Positions 50,488 to 62,676 of a stretch of DNA of 64,000 nt are shown here, in pieces (within the stretch, counting starts at the first letter, position 1; each line of letters begins with the position of its first letter). The stretch covers positions 32,178,001 through 32,242,000 of the forward strand of contig NC_043013.1 of the NCBI RefSeq assembly GCF_006345805.1, in the 5' to 3' direction. The notes under the pieces are model-generated. The model was not told the origin of the DNA. It worked only from the letters and a program-made list of their open reading frames with translations, and ran no database searches. A program made the translations under genes and the position numbers. The stretch comes from Octopus sinensis. Its lineage: Eukaryota.

Positions 50488-50698
50488 AGGTGGTGAATTG
50501 GCAGAACTGTTAGCACGCCGGGAAATATGCTTAGAGGCATTTCCTCCGTCTTTACTTTCTCAGTTCAAATTCCTTTATCATCGTTTCAAGATAGATAAAA
50601 TAATTACCAGTTGAACATTGATGTCAATATAATCGCTTTACCAACTCATTCGAGTCCCTTGCTGGACTCGTACCAAAATCTGAAACCAATATTATATA
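50488..50698 (+). mobile_element. SINE family A, diverged
   Basis: Head and tail match. Confidence 0.75.
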
Positions 50699-51379
50699 AT
50701 TTGGATATCTAACGCTACTTTATAATTTTCCTCTTTTTTTGTCACATAACAAATGTGGCTTTTGTTTCTAATAGAAAGATTCCTCACAGGCTAGTGAACC
50801 GACAGGATTTCGATAATTATTACAATAGTTATTTCCCTTCAACTACCTTTTTACTTAAAAACAAAAAAATTAAATTCTTCGTAGACCTTATGAATTATTG
50901 TACAAACAAATGGAGGTTTACTATCAAGATTTGAAATTATTATGGAACATAAAAGGCATCTTGGATAACTTCGTTTTTATTTATTTATTCAAGTAAATGT
51001 AGATGAGGATTTTCTTTTTTCTTTTTCTTTTTTTTTCTTTTCTAGCAACACCAGAGAGGCATTAAAAGTCATCCCTGCAACTCATCTATTATACTGAGTT
51101 CAGTGGTCTTTACTAGTAAACTCTAACTTCTCATACAATATGTTTAAACCCAAATGGACGTGGACTGACATACCGTCACACTTACAACAAACCCTGACTC
51201 TTGATATCGCCTCTTTTATCAGGAGATATTATTTACTCAGCCATTGTATATAATAGTAGTTATTCTGATTGCATACTTTGACAGTCCCATAAGTGTAACT
51301 ACTGATATATTTACAATGTATTCCACCGGATTAGAAACTAGGCATCACTGGTGTTATACATACTCACACGCCTTTATAA

Positions 51380-51412
<33 letters not shown>

Positions 51413-51469
51413 ATATATATATTGTGTGTGTGTTTGGTGTGTGTGTGTGTGTTTGGTGTGTGTGTGTGT

Positions 51470-51517
<48 letters not shown>

Positions 51518-51556
51518 CATAATTAGGGTTCAGCTAGCTGTTTCACCACATACCAT

Positions 51557-51773
51557 AATTAGAAATAGGAGTTTAAAAATTCCCTTTCTGCTACTATAAG
51601 AATCTCCATAACGGTAAACACTTTTTTACGAAGGCAACGAGAAAAACAGTGAATCAACAAGACCAGGATTTATTCATTGTTTTTCTCTTTGCCTTCGTAA
51701 AAAAGTATGTTTACCGTCATGGAGATTCTTATAGTAGCAGAAAGGGAATTTTTTTAAACTCCTATTTCTAATT
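51557..51773. repeat. Long palindrome (~97-bp arms, ~17-nt loop)
   Basis: aattagaaataggagtttaaaaattccctttctgctactataagaatctcc and its reverse complement. Confidence 0.9.
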
Positions 51774-52010
51774 TCAATATGTGGTGAAGCCTAATGTGGA
51801 TAATTTTACCTATAAAGGTTATTTTAACGTACCGATCTACTTGGTAGAATGTTAATTAATTGATTAATTAAATAAATAATAAATTTTACCCTTCTATTAT
51901 TAATCTATATATGTATATATATATATATACATACATAATTATATATATATATATATACATATATTATATATTTATATATATTATATTATATTAATATATA
52001 TATATATATA

Positions 52011-52197
52011 TAAGACAATAGTAAAGAGTGAAAAAACGACAGAAGGCTTAAATGTTAAAAAATATCTATTTTTGCGTCAAAATGTCTGGAGAATATTGGA
52101 AAAATTTTCCAATATTCTCCAGACATTTTGACGCAATATATATATTTTTTAAACATTTAAGCCTTCTGTCGTTTTTTCACTCTTTACTATTTTCTTA
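52011..52197. repeat. Long palindrome (~93-bp arms, essentially no loop) between (TA)n tracts
   Basis: Centre ggaaaaattttcc at 52098-52110. Confidence 0.92.
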
Positions 52198-52532
52198 TAT
52201 ATTCACCCACGTGCTTTACCAAACAAACTTTCTTATATATATATATATATGAGGCTTTTACATGCCGAAGACTACTTGGTGTAATTGATAATTATTCCAA
52301 ATTAATTAATTTCACCCTTCTTGTTTACTCATACCATATTCATCCCAGTAAATGACCACAGCACTTTGTCTTGGCTACACGCGGGTGGGAAGGGACTGGT
52401 GACACAAGCTTCATTCATACTTTGAATTTGGTGATACTAGCTGTGGCTTCTAGCTCGCTCTGATACTGAGTTGAGTTGGTGCCTTCTAGTATCTCAAAAT
52501 TCATATTCAGTCATTCATGATGTTTGTATCCT

Positions 52533-52614
52533 GCGCTGATGAAAGAAGAAGTCTGGGTAAGGTAGAGTTATCTAATTCTTACGCTTTCCTAAGACTTGAT
52601 CTCGAAACGTACGT
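52533..52614 (+). ncRNA. Type I hammerhead-like motif with long stem II
   Basis: GCG [CUGAUGA] A AGA..AAGUCU...AGACUU..UCU C [GAAA] CG [UA] CGU. Confidence 0.45.
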
Positions 52615-52803
52615 CCGTAGGTGACTTAAAACTGTATGATAGATTGCCGTTAATTCATTCTTTCTTGCCTGTTTGTGTTTGCCTTTCAAATGCTGTGCCT
52701 TTACTGTGATCTCCCTTTTAGTAGAAGAAATAGCTATAATCTCTTTGACTGCTATTTCTAAATCGGTGTGTGGTAGGCATTCGTTGCTAAACCCTTAATT
52801 GCT

Positions 52804-52861
<58 letters not shown>

Positions 52862-52974
52862 ATATATGTGTGTGTGTATGTATTATATATGTATGTATGT
52901 ATGTATTATGTATGTATGTATGTATTACTGGATGCTGGTTATATTTCTGAGAACTTTCTGTCCAGTCTGTTGCC

Positions 52975-53665
52975 CCAGTTTTCAAAAAGGGAAACAAGTC
53001 CTTTGCAGCGATCTACCGGCCGATCTCGCTTACCTCTCATATCATCAAGATATTTGAGAGGTTGGTGATGTCACGGATAACCCACTTTCTTGAAAGCAAC
53101 ACACCGATGAGCCCCAACCAACATGGGTTCCGTAATGAAAGGAACTGCATGACGCAGCTTCTGCATTACCTTGATGACATTCTGAGGTCAATTAAAAACA
53201 AGATAGATGGCATGGCATGCCTTGACTATTGAGGTCGACTAGAAAAGCTCAAGCTTTATTCTTTCCAACGCCGCCAAGAACGCTACATCATCTGCATGAT
53301 GTGGAAAATATTCCATCCGCATTGCCCAAATGATGTTGGCATCACCTTTAAGATACACCCAAGACTTGGACCCTGTGCTATCCGTCCACCACATAAATCA
53401 TACTCGCATCACATATCAACAATACGCCACGCTCTCTTTAACATTACACCAAGACACATTAAAGCAGAAATATACCCTATAAAGCTCAAGAACTCTTTGG
53501 ACAAATTCCATCAAAAAATCCCCGATAAACTTCCTACACTCGGATATAGCTCCATAAACAAAACCTCTCTCCTCGAGTGGGCCATGTTGTCAGATACAGA
53601 TTCCTGATTTGAATAACTTTGCCAGGTGGTGTTATTAAGTTAGACATGGCCTGAGCCAATACTGA
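52975..53665 (+). mobile_element. Internally deleted CR1/L2-like LINE (early RT motifs fused to the C-terminus)
   Basis: KGNKSFAAIYRPISLTSHIIKIFERLV...QHGFRNERNCMTQLLHYLDDILR joins directly to KIDGM..LDY*GRLEKLKLYSFQRRQERYIICMMWKI. Confidence 0.82.
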
Positions 53666-53694
53666 TACATATGTATGCATGTACATACATACAT

Positions 53695-53850
53695 ACATAC
53701 AACAGTCTTCCACCCAGTCTGCCTAATTCACTTCTAAGGCACTGATAAACCCGGGGCTATATTAGAAGACACTTGTTCAAAGTGGTGTGTAATGGGATTG
53801 AAAACGAAAAAACATGATTGCAAATAAGCTTCTTAACCACACAGCTATGA
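53695..53850 (-). mobile_element. SINE family B, 5' part
   Basis: agaagacacttgttcaaagtgg...gcttcttaaccacacagcta. Confidence 0.65.
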
Positions 53851-53855
53851 CTAAG

Positions 53856-53888
<33 letters not shown>

Positions 53889-54291
53889 TCGTGTGTTCGT
53901 GTGTATTTGTATACATAGTGTATATCAGTAAATCTAACGAATCGTTGAGTAATAGCCTTTCGAGACATCGTCTAATAACTCGATTGACTGATAACTAGCG
54001 AATGATGAAATGAAACATTTATTATCAGTATTTAGCTAGTAATACCAGAAATTAGATCAACTAAACAATCGTACTCTGTTTTCTGTCTTTATACGACATT
54101 TATGTATCGAAACGAGAAACTGATACGAGTCTTGATTCTACTCCAAGCAGACTAAATTTGTAAGCCTCAAATTATTTTTTCTATTTAATCGTTGCCCGCC
54201 AACAGAATTTCTATCATATTTACGCAATTCTTATTGTATATCCTTAACAGATAATGACAATATCAGTGGATGTATATTAATTACATCGAGG

Positions 54292-54870
54292 GAAGGCAAC
54301 AAGCTAGCAGAAACGTTAGCACGCCGGGCGAAATGCTTAGCGGTATTTCGTCAGCCGTTACGTTCTGAGTTCAAATTCCGCCGAGGTCGACTTTGCCTTT
54401 CATCCTTTCGGTGTCGATAAATTAAGTACCAGTTACGCACTGGGGTCGATATAATCGACTTAATCCCTTTGTCTGTCCTTGCTTGTCCTCTCTGTGTTTA
54501 GCCCTTGTGGGTAGTAAACAAATAGGTATTTCGTCTGCCGCTACGTTCTGAGTTCAAATTCCGCCGCGGTCGACTTTGGCTTTCATCCTTCCGGGGTCGA
54601 TAAATTAAGTACCAATTACGCACTGGGGTCGATGTAATCAGCTTAATCCCTTTGTCTATTCTTCTTTGTCTTCTCCGTGCCCCTTGTGGGTAGTAAAGAA
54701 ATAGATATTTCGATTGTCGCTACATTCTGAGTTCAAATTCCGCCGAGGTCGACTATGCCTTTCATCCTTTCTGTGTTGATAAATTAAGTACCAATTACGT
54801 ACAGGGGTCGATCTGATCGACTGGTCCCCTCCTCAAATTTCGGGCCTTGTACCTAGAGTAGAAAAGATTA
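54292..54870 (+). mobile_element. SINE family A, trimeric (one head, three cores, one tail)
   Basis: cgttctgagttcaaattcc-type cores at 54361, 54544 and 54723 (periods 183 and 179 bp). Confidence 0.9.
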
Positions 54871-55489
54871 ATTACATGGAGGAAATCTTATGTAGTCAAC
54901 GTAACGCATATTTATACACACATAGGTACAGTGACTGTTTCAGTTCTGAATAATTCTTATAAAACAGATTGGAAGCAAACTGGTGTTAGACTGTGTTGGC
55001 ATGACGTATTTTTTTTTCTTTCGAAGTGACATAAAGAGTACAGAGAAATTGCCGTAGAGAGTGGAATATCAATAAATTTCTATAGAGGTTTTCTTCGGGT
55101 AAAAGTTGACAGGAAGGAAATATTTAGGAAAACATCAGAGTTTTACATCCTCTGTTTTATATTTTCCCGCAAGTAATATTAACTTTAAAAAAAAATGACT
55201 CTGTCCAAACCGTAGGATATTTCATTCCCTGCGGTAATTTCACTCCGCTCTTTCCGAAAATTATACTGAGTTTTTTTTTAACATTACATACAGCAACAGC
55301 AAAAGAAGTATAACACCTGCTATCTCCTAGTAGGTATTATAAATTTAGACTAGTTGTCATTTCGCGATGTTATTACATGCATTAAGATGCAGTCGCAGAT
55401 AAAGTCAATGTACACAAACGCGTGGAAAAGGAAACAAAATATCCGCGTCTCTTTTTCCACCAGGCAAATACATTGACTTTTTACTTTTT

Positions 55490-55885
55490 ACTTTTTTACT
55501 TGTTTCAGTAATTTGCCTGCGGCCATACTGGAGTACCGACTTTTGTCGAGCAAGTCGACCCCAGGACTTATTCTTTGGAAGCCTAGTACTTATTCTATCA
55601 GACTATTTTGCCGAACCACTAAGTTACAGGGACGTAAACACACCAGCATCGGTTGTCAAGTGATGTTGGGGGGACAAACACAGACACACAAACATATACA
55701 CACACATACATATATCTACATATATACGACAGGCTTCTTTCAGTTTCCGTCTATTAAATCCACCCACAAGGCTTTGGTCGGTCCGAGGCTATATTAGAAG
55801 ACACTTGACCAAGGTGCCACGCAGTGAGAATGAACCTAGAATCATGTGGTTGGTAAGCAAGCTACTTACCACACAGCCACTCCTA
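55490..55885 (-). mobile_element. SINE family B, full length
   Basis: Reverse-complement match. Confidence 0.85.
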
Positions 55886-55904
55886 TGTTTTATCATATCT
55901 TTTT

Positions 55905-56100
55905 ATCTTTCATTTGTTTCAGTCATTAGACTACAGCCATGCTGGGACACTGCCTTGAAGAATTTTATTTTAGTCCAATGTATCATTGAGCCTGGTACTT
56001 ATTCTATCAAGCTCTTTTACCGAACTGCTAAATAATGAAGACGTAAATGTACCAACACTGGTTGTCAAACGGTGGGGTAAAAACAAACAGATACAATCAC
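55905..56100 (-). mobile_element. SINE family B, 3' half
   Basis: Tail match. Confidence 0.75.
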
Positions 56101-56199
56101 TCACACACACACACACACGCACGCACGCACAAACACAAATCCATGGCAGTTTTTTTTTTCCTCCGTCTTCCTTTTCTCTTGGACTTACCTCTGTCTCCT

Positions 56200-56234
56200 G
56201 TTTCTGAAGAAGAGCTTTGCTCGAAACGTAAAAC
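56200..56234 (+). ncRNA. Minimal type I hammerhead ribozyme motif (Penelope-type, family P2)
   Basis: GUUU [CUGAAGA] A GAGC-UUU-GCUC [GAAA] CG [UA] AAAC: all core nucleotides, a 4-bp stem I, a 4-bp stem II and a palindromic ACGU stem III. Confidence 0.7.
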
Positions 56235-56349
56235 TACCTTTCTTTCCTTCCCTGAGCGTCTACTAATACTTTGCATGTACCACGTCCTCGCCATTTTATT
56301 GTTTTTTCTTGTGTTTTTCTTCGTTTATTTTTTGGAATAATATATGTAT

Positions 56350-56381
<32 letters not shown>

Positions 56382-56392
56382 ATATATATATG

Positions 56393-56467
<75 letters not shown>

Positions 56468-56687
56468 GTATATATATATGTATACGAGAAAGAAGCAACA
56501 AGAATGGATTAGTTTTTAGTACAATTGTTTCATACAAAGACAGGCTTTATTACAAGTTGCAAAAATTGCAGCAGATAAAAGTGTCCCGTACTCATCAGCT
56601 AAAATACATATGAGTTCTCTAGACATCTTAGTGGGTGAGGTTATACTCATGAAATATTGGAGAAATTCCATTAGAGGCAGATAATAT

Positions 56688-56745
<58 letters not shown>

Positions 56746-56747
56746 TA

Positions 56748-56903
56748 CGATGGGCTTCTCTAAGTCTCTGTCACCAAATTAATTCACAAGGCTCTGGTTA
56801 GTCAGAGGCTATAGTAGAAAATGCTTACTCATGATACCATGCAGTGGGAATGGACCTAGAACTATGTGGCTGGTAAACAAGATTCTTACCACACAGCCGC
56901 GGC
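56748..56903 (-). mobile_element. SINE family B, 5' part
   Basis: Reverse-complement head match. Confidence 0.7.
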
Positions 56904-57584
56904 TTGTTTTTAAATAAGCGTTTTTTTCCAGGAGATTAAATGTCATCAATGAAAACCCACAATATATATTTCCCGGATTTTGTATTTTATATTATAGGCA
57001 ATTTCCAGATTATCTAGTGCCTATTTATCGCAGACAGCTAAACATGGGTTTGTAGACTTACGTACACTGAAACCCTTTTTACTGTGATTTGACCCCCTCC
57101 TTCTGTAATTTGATATTCCATCGCAATATCAACTCAATTTTTCGCCACTAATATCTATACACCTCTACCACGGCAACTAATATCGACAATACAACAAAAC
57201 AACTACAACAAGTGGCTAAAATGTTCAAAAGATTTGCACGTTTGCATAAAGGAAATTAAATATTTGATGTGAAAACAGTGTAAAACTGTTACCGACATTG
57301 AGGCATAAACCAACATTGAATTGAAGCACGAAAATATTGGCTTTTATTTTTGTTTAAACATGTTGCCTTGATTATGGGACATTTTCCACTGCGCTTCAAG
57401 GTAGATTAAGCATCAACATATTAGAAATATCTAAATTATTAAATTAAATTCTAATTCTATACTAATACCCTACACCACAATATATTGGTTACACATTTTG
57501 ACGGACGAAATGCTTAGCAGCATTTCGTTCGGCATGCTAACGATTATGCCAGCTCACCGCTTTCCCTCCTGCACTGTAATTTAT

Positions 57585-57797
57585 TGGTTTCAAAGTTTGG
57601 CATAAGGTCAGCAGGTTTGAGGAGGAGATAAGTCGATTACATCGACCCCAGTGCTCAGTTAGTAATCATTTTACCGACCCTGAAAGAATGAAAAGCAAAG
57701 TCGACGTCGGCGAAATTTGAAATCAGAACGTAAGGACGGATGGAACACTAGATAGCATTTTACCTGGCGTGCTAACGATTCTTCTAGCTCGCCGCCT
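57585..57797 (-). mobile_element. SINE family A, full length
   Basis: Reverse-complement match. Confidence 0.82.
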
Positions 57798-57802
57798 TAC
57801 TA

Positions 57803-58124
57803 CAATATATTCAAAACTAATGACAGAGCCCTTATGCGGCGACTCATGCTGCTAAAAATAGTAGCTAAATCTTACTCATATGCTATTCTTGAAAAGGAAG
57901 AGAGACACACTGGACAATTTCATTGAAAAAGAGATCCGGTTGCGGTTAGAAAGAAGTTTGTCAATATATTCAAAACTAATGACAGAGCCCTTATGCGGCG
58001 ACTCATGCTGCTAAAAATAGTAGCTAAATCTTACTCATATGCTATTCTTGAAAAGGAAGAGAGACACACTGGACAATTTCATTGAAAAAGAGATCCGGTT
58101 GCGGTTAGAAAGAAGTTTGTCAAT
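57803..58124. repeat. Perfect 159-bp tandem duplication
   Basis: Units start at 57803 and 57962, with CAAT at the junctions. Confidence 0.93.
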
Positions 58125-58304
58125 TACGGGTGTACCTAGAATTAAACACCAACAGTAAGAACCGTGACGCTTCTCTTCAAAGCTACTTGTACTTACACAG
58201 TTCAACGAAGTGTCTAAAAACAAGAACATCGGTGTTTACAACCGGATGGAAATAATAAATTTCAAAATGTTCAGTAGTTTAGCTGAAAAAAAAGGGCAAT
58301 TCTT

Positions 58305-58475
58305 TATTAGCTTCGTTAGGTCCTTCCAGCTCTAATTCCATCCCTGCTTGTTACAAGTTCAACCATCAATGCTTCTGCTATTTTCCTATTGACTCTTTTC
58401 ATTGAATTCTTTGATCATTCTAAACACTCGCCAATCCCATTTCATACCCTTATCTAAACACACAACGCCTTTCAT
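58305..58475 (-). mobile_element. Decayed Penelope GIY-YIG C-terminal fragment, tentative
   Basis: KWDW...RKIAEALMVEL..SRDGI resembles the PLE endonuclease end motif (DW...RK..EA......NRD.G.EL). Confidence 0.35.
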
Positions 58476-58803
58476 CTTCATCTGCCTTTCTTTCTTCTAT
58501 TTTTTTTCTTCCTTTTCTTTTCTTTTATTTTCTTTGTTTATACTTTCCTGTCTCCTCTATCTTTTTTTCTTTTTCTTCTTTAGATTTTTCCTTCTTTTTC
58601 TTTTGTCTCATTTCCTCTCCATTCTTATAGCAAAGACAGGGATCTTGCATTTACAAATGCGAATTCAAATATTTCTTCGGTCTTAACTTGTCCGACGACT
58701 CTGTTAATACACATTGGAACCCAGAGAAGCAAGACGCAAACTCGATTATTATTTACTCTTAGTTTGGTATCGAGTACTATGCTTTCAGATGACCAACACT
58801 AAA

Positions 58804-58822
58804 CGGATAGATAGATAGATAA

Positions 58823-58905
<83 letters not shown>

Positions 58906-58941
58906 CATAGATAGATAGATAGACGGATAGATAGATAGAGT

Positions 58942-58977
<36 letters not shown>

Positions 58978-58979
58978 GT

Positions 58980-59046
<67 letters not shown>
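58804..59046. repeat. (GATA)n microsatellite
   Basis: Direct reading. Confidence 0.96.
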
Positions 59047-59047
<1 letters not shown>

Positions 59048-59150
59048 CAGGGAGGGAGATGAATAGAGAGATAAATAGATAGTCATATGTACGTAGTACG
59101 TACACAAACATGCAAATATATATACATATACATATACATGTGTGTGTGTA

Positions 59151-59183
<33 letters not shown>

Positions 59184-59189
59184 TACCTT

Positions 59190-59380
59190 TTATCTTTTAT
59201 TTGTTTCAGTCATTAGACTGTGGCCATTCTGGAGCACCATCTTGAAGAACTTTTAGTCGAATGAATCGTCCGCAATGCTTTTATTTTTAAGTGTGGTACT
59301 TACTCTATCAGTATTTTTCACCAAACCGCTAAGTTACAGAGACATAAACATACCACACCGTTTGTCAAGCGTAGTGTGAG

Positions 59381-59390
<10 letters not shown>
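59190..59390 (-). mobile_element. SINE family B, 3' half
   Basis: Tail match. Confidence 0.72.
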
Positions 59391-59411
<21 letters not shown>

Positions 59412-59424
59412 ATATATATAATAT

Positions 59425-59475
<51 letters not shown>

Positions 59476-60374
59476 AGAGTGAGATGGGGGCGAGAGAAAG
59501 AGCTCTGGATCTCTGCAGGCCATTCTAGGATTTGAGAACAAGATAAAAATATAAAGTAGAATTTTGCAAAAGAGACTACAGGAATGATAAACACGAGAAA
59601 TAAGTGAAACGTTATCTCCTGGGACAGAATAAAAGTCCTGACATGGAATTAGTTACAATGAAAGAAAGAAAGTGAATGGAAAGAAAAATTTGGAAGTTAA
59701 TAGAGAGATTGCTTTAAAGAAAAATGAACAAGGGAATGGAAAGAAAAACGAGTAACAAGTAAAGAAAATATACCAATTGATCCTATTCTATTGAAAATTG
59801 CAATCTGTAAGTCTCTTTTAATAAGAGTCGGAGAGAAAAGTGTCAGAAAGCCTATTCAGATCCTCATAGATGAAGCATTTTCATATTGGCTGAGACTTAA
59901 GTGCATTTCTGAAGTCAATTCTAGTTTGCTTTTGAAGAAAAACAGATCCTGAAAGTTTTGCTGAAATTTCTTTCCGAAAATCTTGTTTTTGTTTTTAGTA
60001 TTACTATTGGTATAATCAGGCTTTTTGTTTTCTTCGTTTCTATTAGAGGAGATTCGAAAAACGAGGCAAGGCGAGGCGAGACGAGGTGAGAAGAAGCAAT
60101 GGCGGTGTTATCTTTAAACGTTTTCTTGTATGAAATCTACTTTTATCGAATTCGCTTTAAATTGTGTTGCGTTAAGTTGCTGATGTTATTTCGTTGCCTT
60201 CATTGCAACTGCTGCAGCTTTATTTTGTTTTATAGTTTTATTCTTTTATTTACTGATTTATTTATTTTATTTATATATTATTTCCGCCGTTCTTACTGAT
60301 GTCTTTGTTTCCATTGCTGTTGTTGCTGTACTTGGCTCAGTCGTGGTTTATACCTTCACTGATAACATTGTAAA

Positions 60375-60376
<2 letters not shown>

Positions 60377-60406
<30 letters not shown>

Positions 60407-60732
60407 TTGGTGGTGGTGGTGGTGGTGGTGGTTGTGGCAGTGGTTGGGGATGGTGGTAGTAGTAGTGGTGGTGTTGGGTGATGGTGGTAGTAGTAGTAGT
60501 AGCAATAGTAGTGATGGTGGTGGTGGTGGTGATAATGGTGATGATGATGATAGTGGTAGTAGTAGTAGTGGTGGTGGTGGTGGTAGTAGTAGTAGTAGCA
60601 GTAATAGTAGTGATGGTGGTAGTAGTAGTAGACGTGGTAGTGATGATGGTGGTGAGGGTACTGATGGTAGTAGTAGTATTGGTGGTGGTAGTTATAGTAT
60701 TGGTGGTGGTGGTGGTGGTTATGGTAGTGGTG

Positions 60733-60773
<41 letters not shown>
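60377..60773. repeat. (GTA/GGT/GAT)n compound trinucleotide repeat
   Basis: Direct reading. Confidence 0.96.
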
Positions 60774-60774
<1 letters not shown>

Positions 60775-61288
60775 AAAAAAAGACAAGACAATAGCAATAG
60801 AATAAAGTGTGTGTGATATAAGATTAGATTAGGTGGACGTGTGATCGAGAAATAGGATGAGGTTTTGTTATATCGATGTTCCGGTGGATAAAAATCAATT
60901 AACAGATACATACTGTATATGTCACGGACCAAAATAATCGAAAGTAAAAATTCATCAAACTTGAGAGATAATAACAAAGAAACCGAAATTTTCGGTGTCG
61001 TTTGGTCAATGTAGATGCTTGTTACGAGATCTAAAACACGTTTTGTCCATAAAGTTTAGAACGACTTTAAACAGAACTACTTCGAATCAGGGATCGCCAG
61101 ATTGCGAAGTGAGATTCTTCGACTGCTTGTCGCACCAACTTCGGCAATGATTAATCATGTTTAGTGCAGTGTGAAAATTGTAACATTGACAACATAGTCT
61201 GTTTGTATTTTTCTTTCGTTTTGTAATTGGAATAGTTTTATGTTTTTTTTTTATTTCAATACATATAGATGTGCGTGTGTGTGTACAC

Positions 61289-61330
<42 letters not shown>

Positions 61331-61351
61331 ATACACACACACGTACATACA

Positions 61352-61590
61352 TAGAGATAGAGATAGATAGATAGATAGATAGATAGATAAACTGGCAGGA
61401 AGTCAAAGAGACATGCACACACAGAGACAGACAGATAGACAAACAGAGACAGACAGGTAGATAGATAGATAAATAGATAGACAGACAGATTGACAGAAAG
61501 ACGAACGGACATGCACAAACACAGACAGGTAGGCAGACAGACAGACAGACAGGCAGGCAGGCCGGCAGACAGACAGACAGACAGACAGAC

Positions 61591-61670
<80 letters not shown>
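61352..61670. repeat. (GATA)/(GACA)/(GGCA)n compound microsatellite
   Basis: Direct reading. Confidence 0.93.
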
Positions 61671-61673
<3 letters not shown>

Positions 61674-62240
61674 TGCGGCGTGCATGACATAATAATTAAC
61701 CATTCAAAAACACACTAAGTTAGTTAACGTTGACTTCACTTAAAGCACTTATTATTTGGTGTTAAAATTGTCGCACCAACTACGAAATGATCACTGACTC
61801 GATTCCTCTACATTCACGTTCAAATAGCGTTAGTGATCAGGTCGTAGTTGATGCCACCAAAATTTTGAAATTTTGCTCTCAGGTAAAGTTAACGACGTTT
61901 GCGTACTTTGGAATGGCTAACATGTCCCTTCAACACGGGGTAATTTTTGCTTATCTCACCCCTATTAAAAACTTGGGTTATCTTCCCAAGTTTTATGAAA
62001 AATATCGGAACTTTTGGTTATCTTCTCCACCTAAAAAAATTATTTAACCCTCAATAAAACAAAACAAAATCGAAAACAATAAACATTGAAACTGAAAAAA
62101 TTAATCATCTTATTGAATCTCATAACATTTATATACCAAATCATTACGGGGACGTAAACAGGCCAACACCGGTTGTCAAGCAGTAATAGGGACAAACGCG
62201 AAGATATATGCACAGATAAGCATAAATATTTATACTTATG

Positions 62241-62322
<82 letters not shown>

Positions 62323-62481
62323 GAGTTAGGGGTTAAGAAACCGTCTAAGGGATATTAAATATCCAGTATACTACTGAATGTGTACCTAATTATTTATAAC
62401 CAAGTGCTTACTATTGCATGGCAATATCGCAATTGGGTATTTTTGTATGGGTGAGAGTAAATTAGAAATTTACCCAAGATT

Positions 62482-62640
62482 TATAAGGCAAATAAGATAA
62501 TGGAGAGGGTATACAATCGACAAACATCAGCTAGTAAACACTCATTTATATCTATTTATTAAATGATTATAAACATGTGTACGTGATACAAATTAATGAA
62601 TGAAATAAGCCAATAAATGCATAAACAGATATATATACAT

Positions 62641-62676
<36 letters not shown>

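Noticed and set aside
51625-51650. HHR-like acgaaggcaacgagaaa in the 51.6-kb palindrome
   Set aside because: CUGA is missing and the other arm diverges from the motif; probably coincidental.
60090-60110. gcaATGGCGG (YY1-like/start motif) as a promoter
   Set aside because: A single short motif without CpG-island or exon support.
60337-60977. Gly/Ser-, His- or Thr-rich ORFs
   Set aside because: All frames are open simply because the DNA is GTA/GGT trinucleotide repeat; no convincing splice context.
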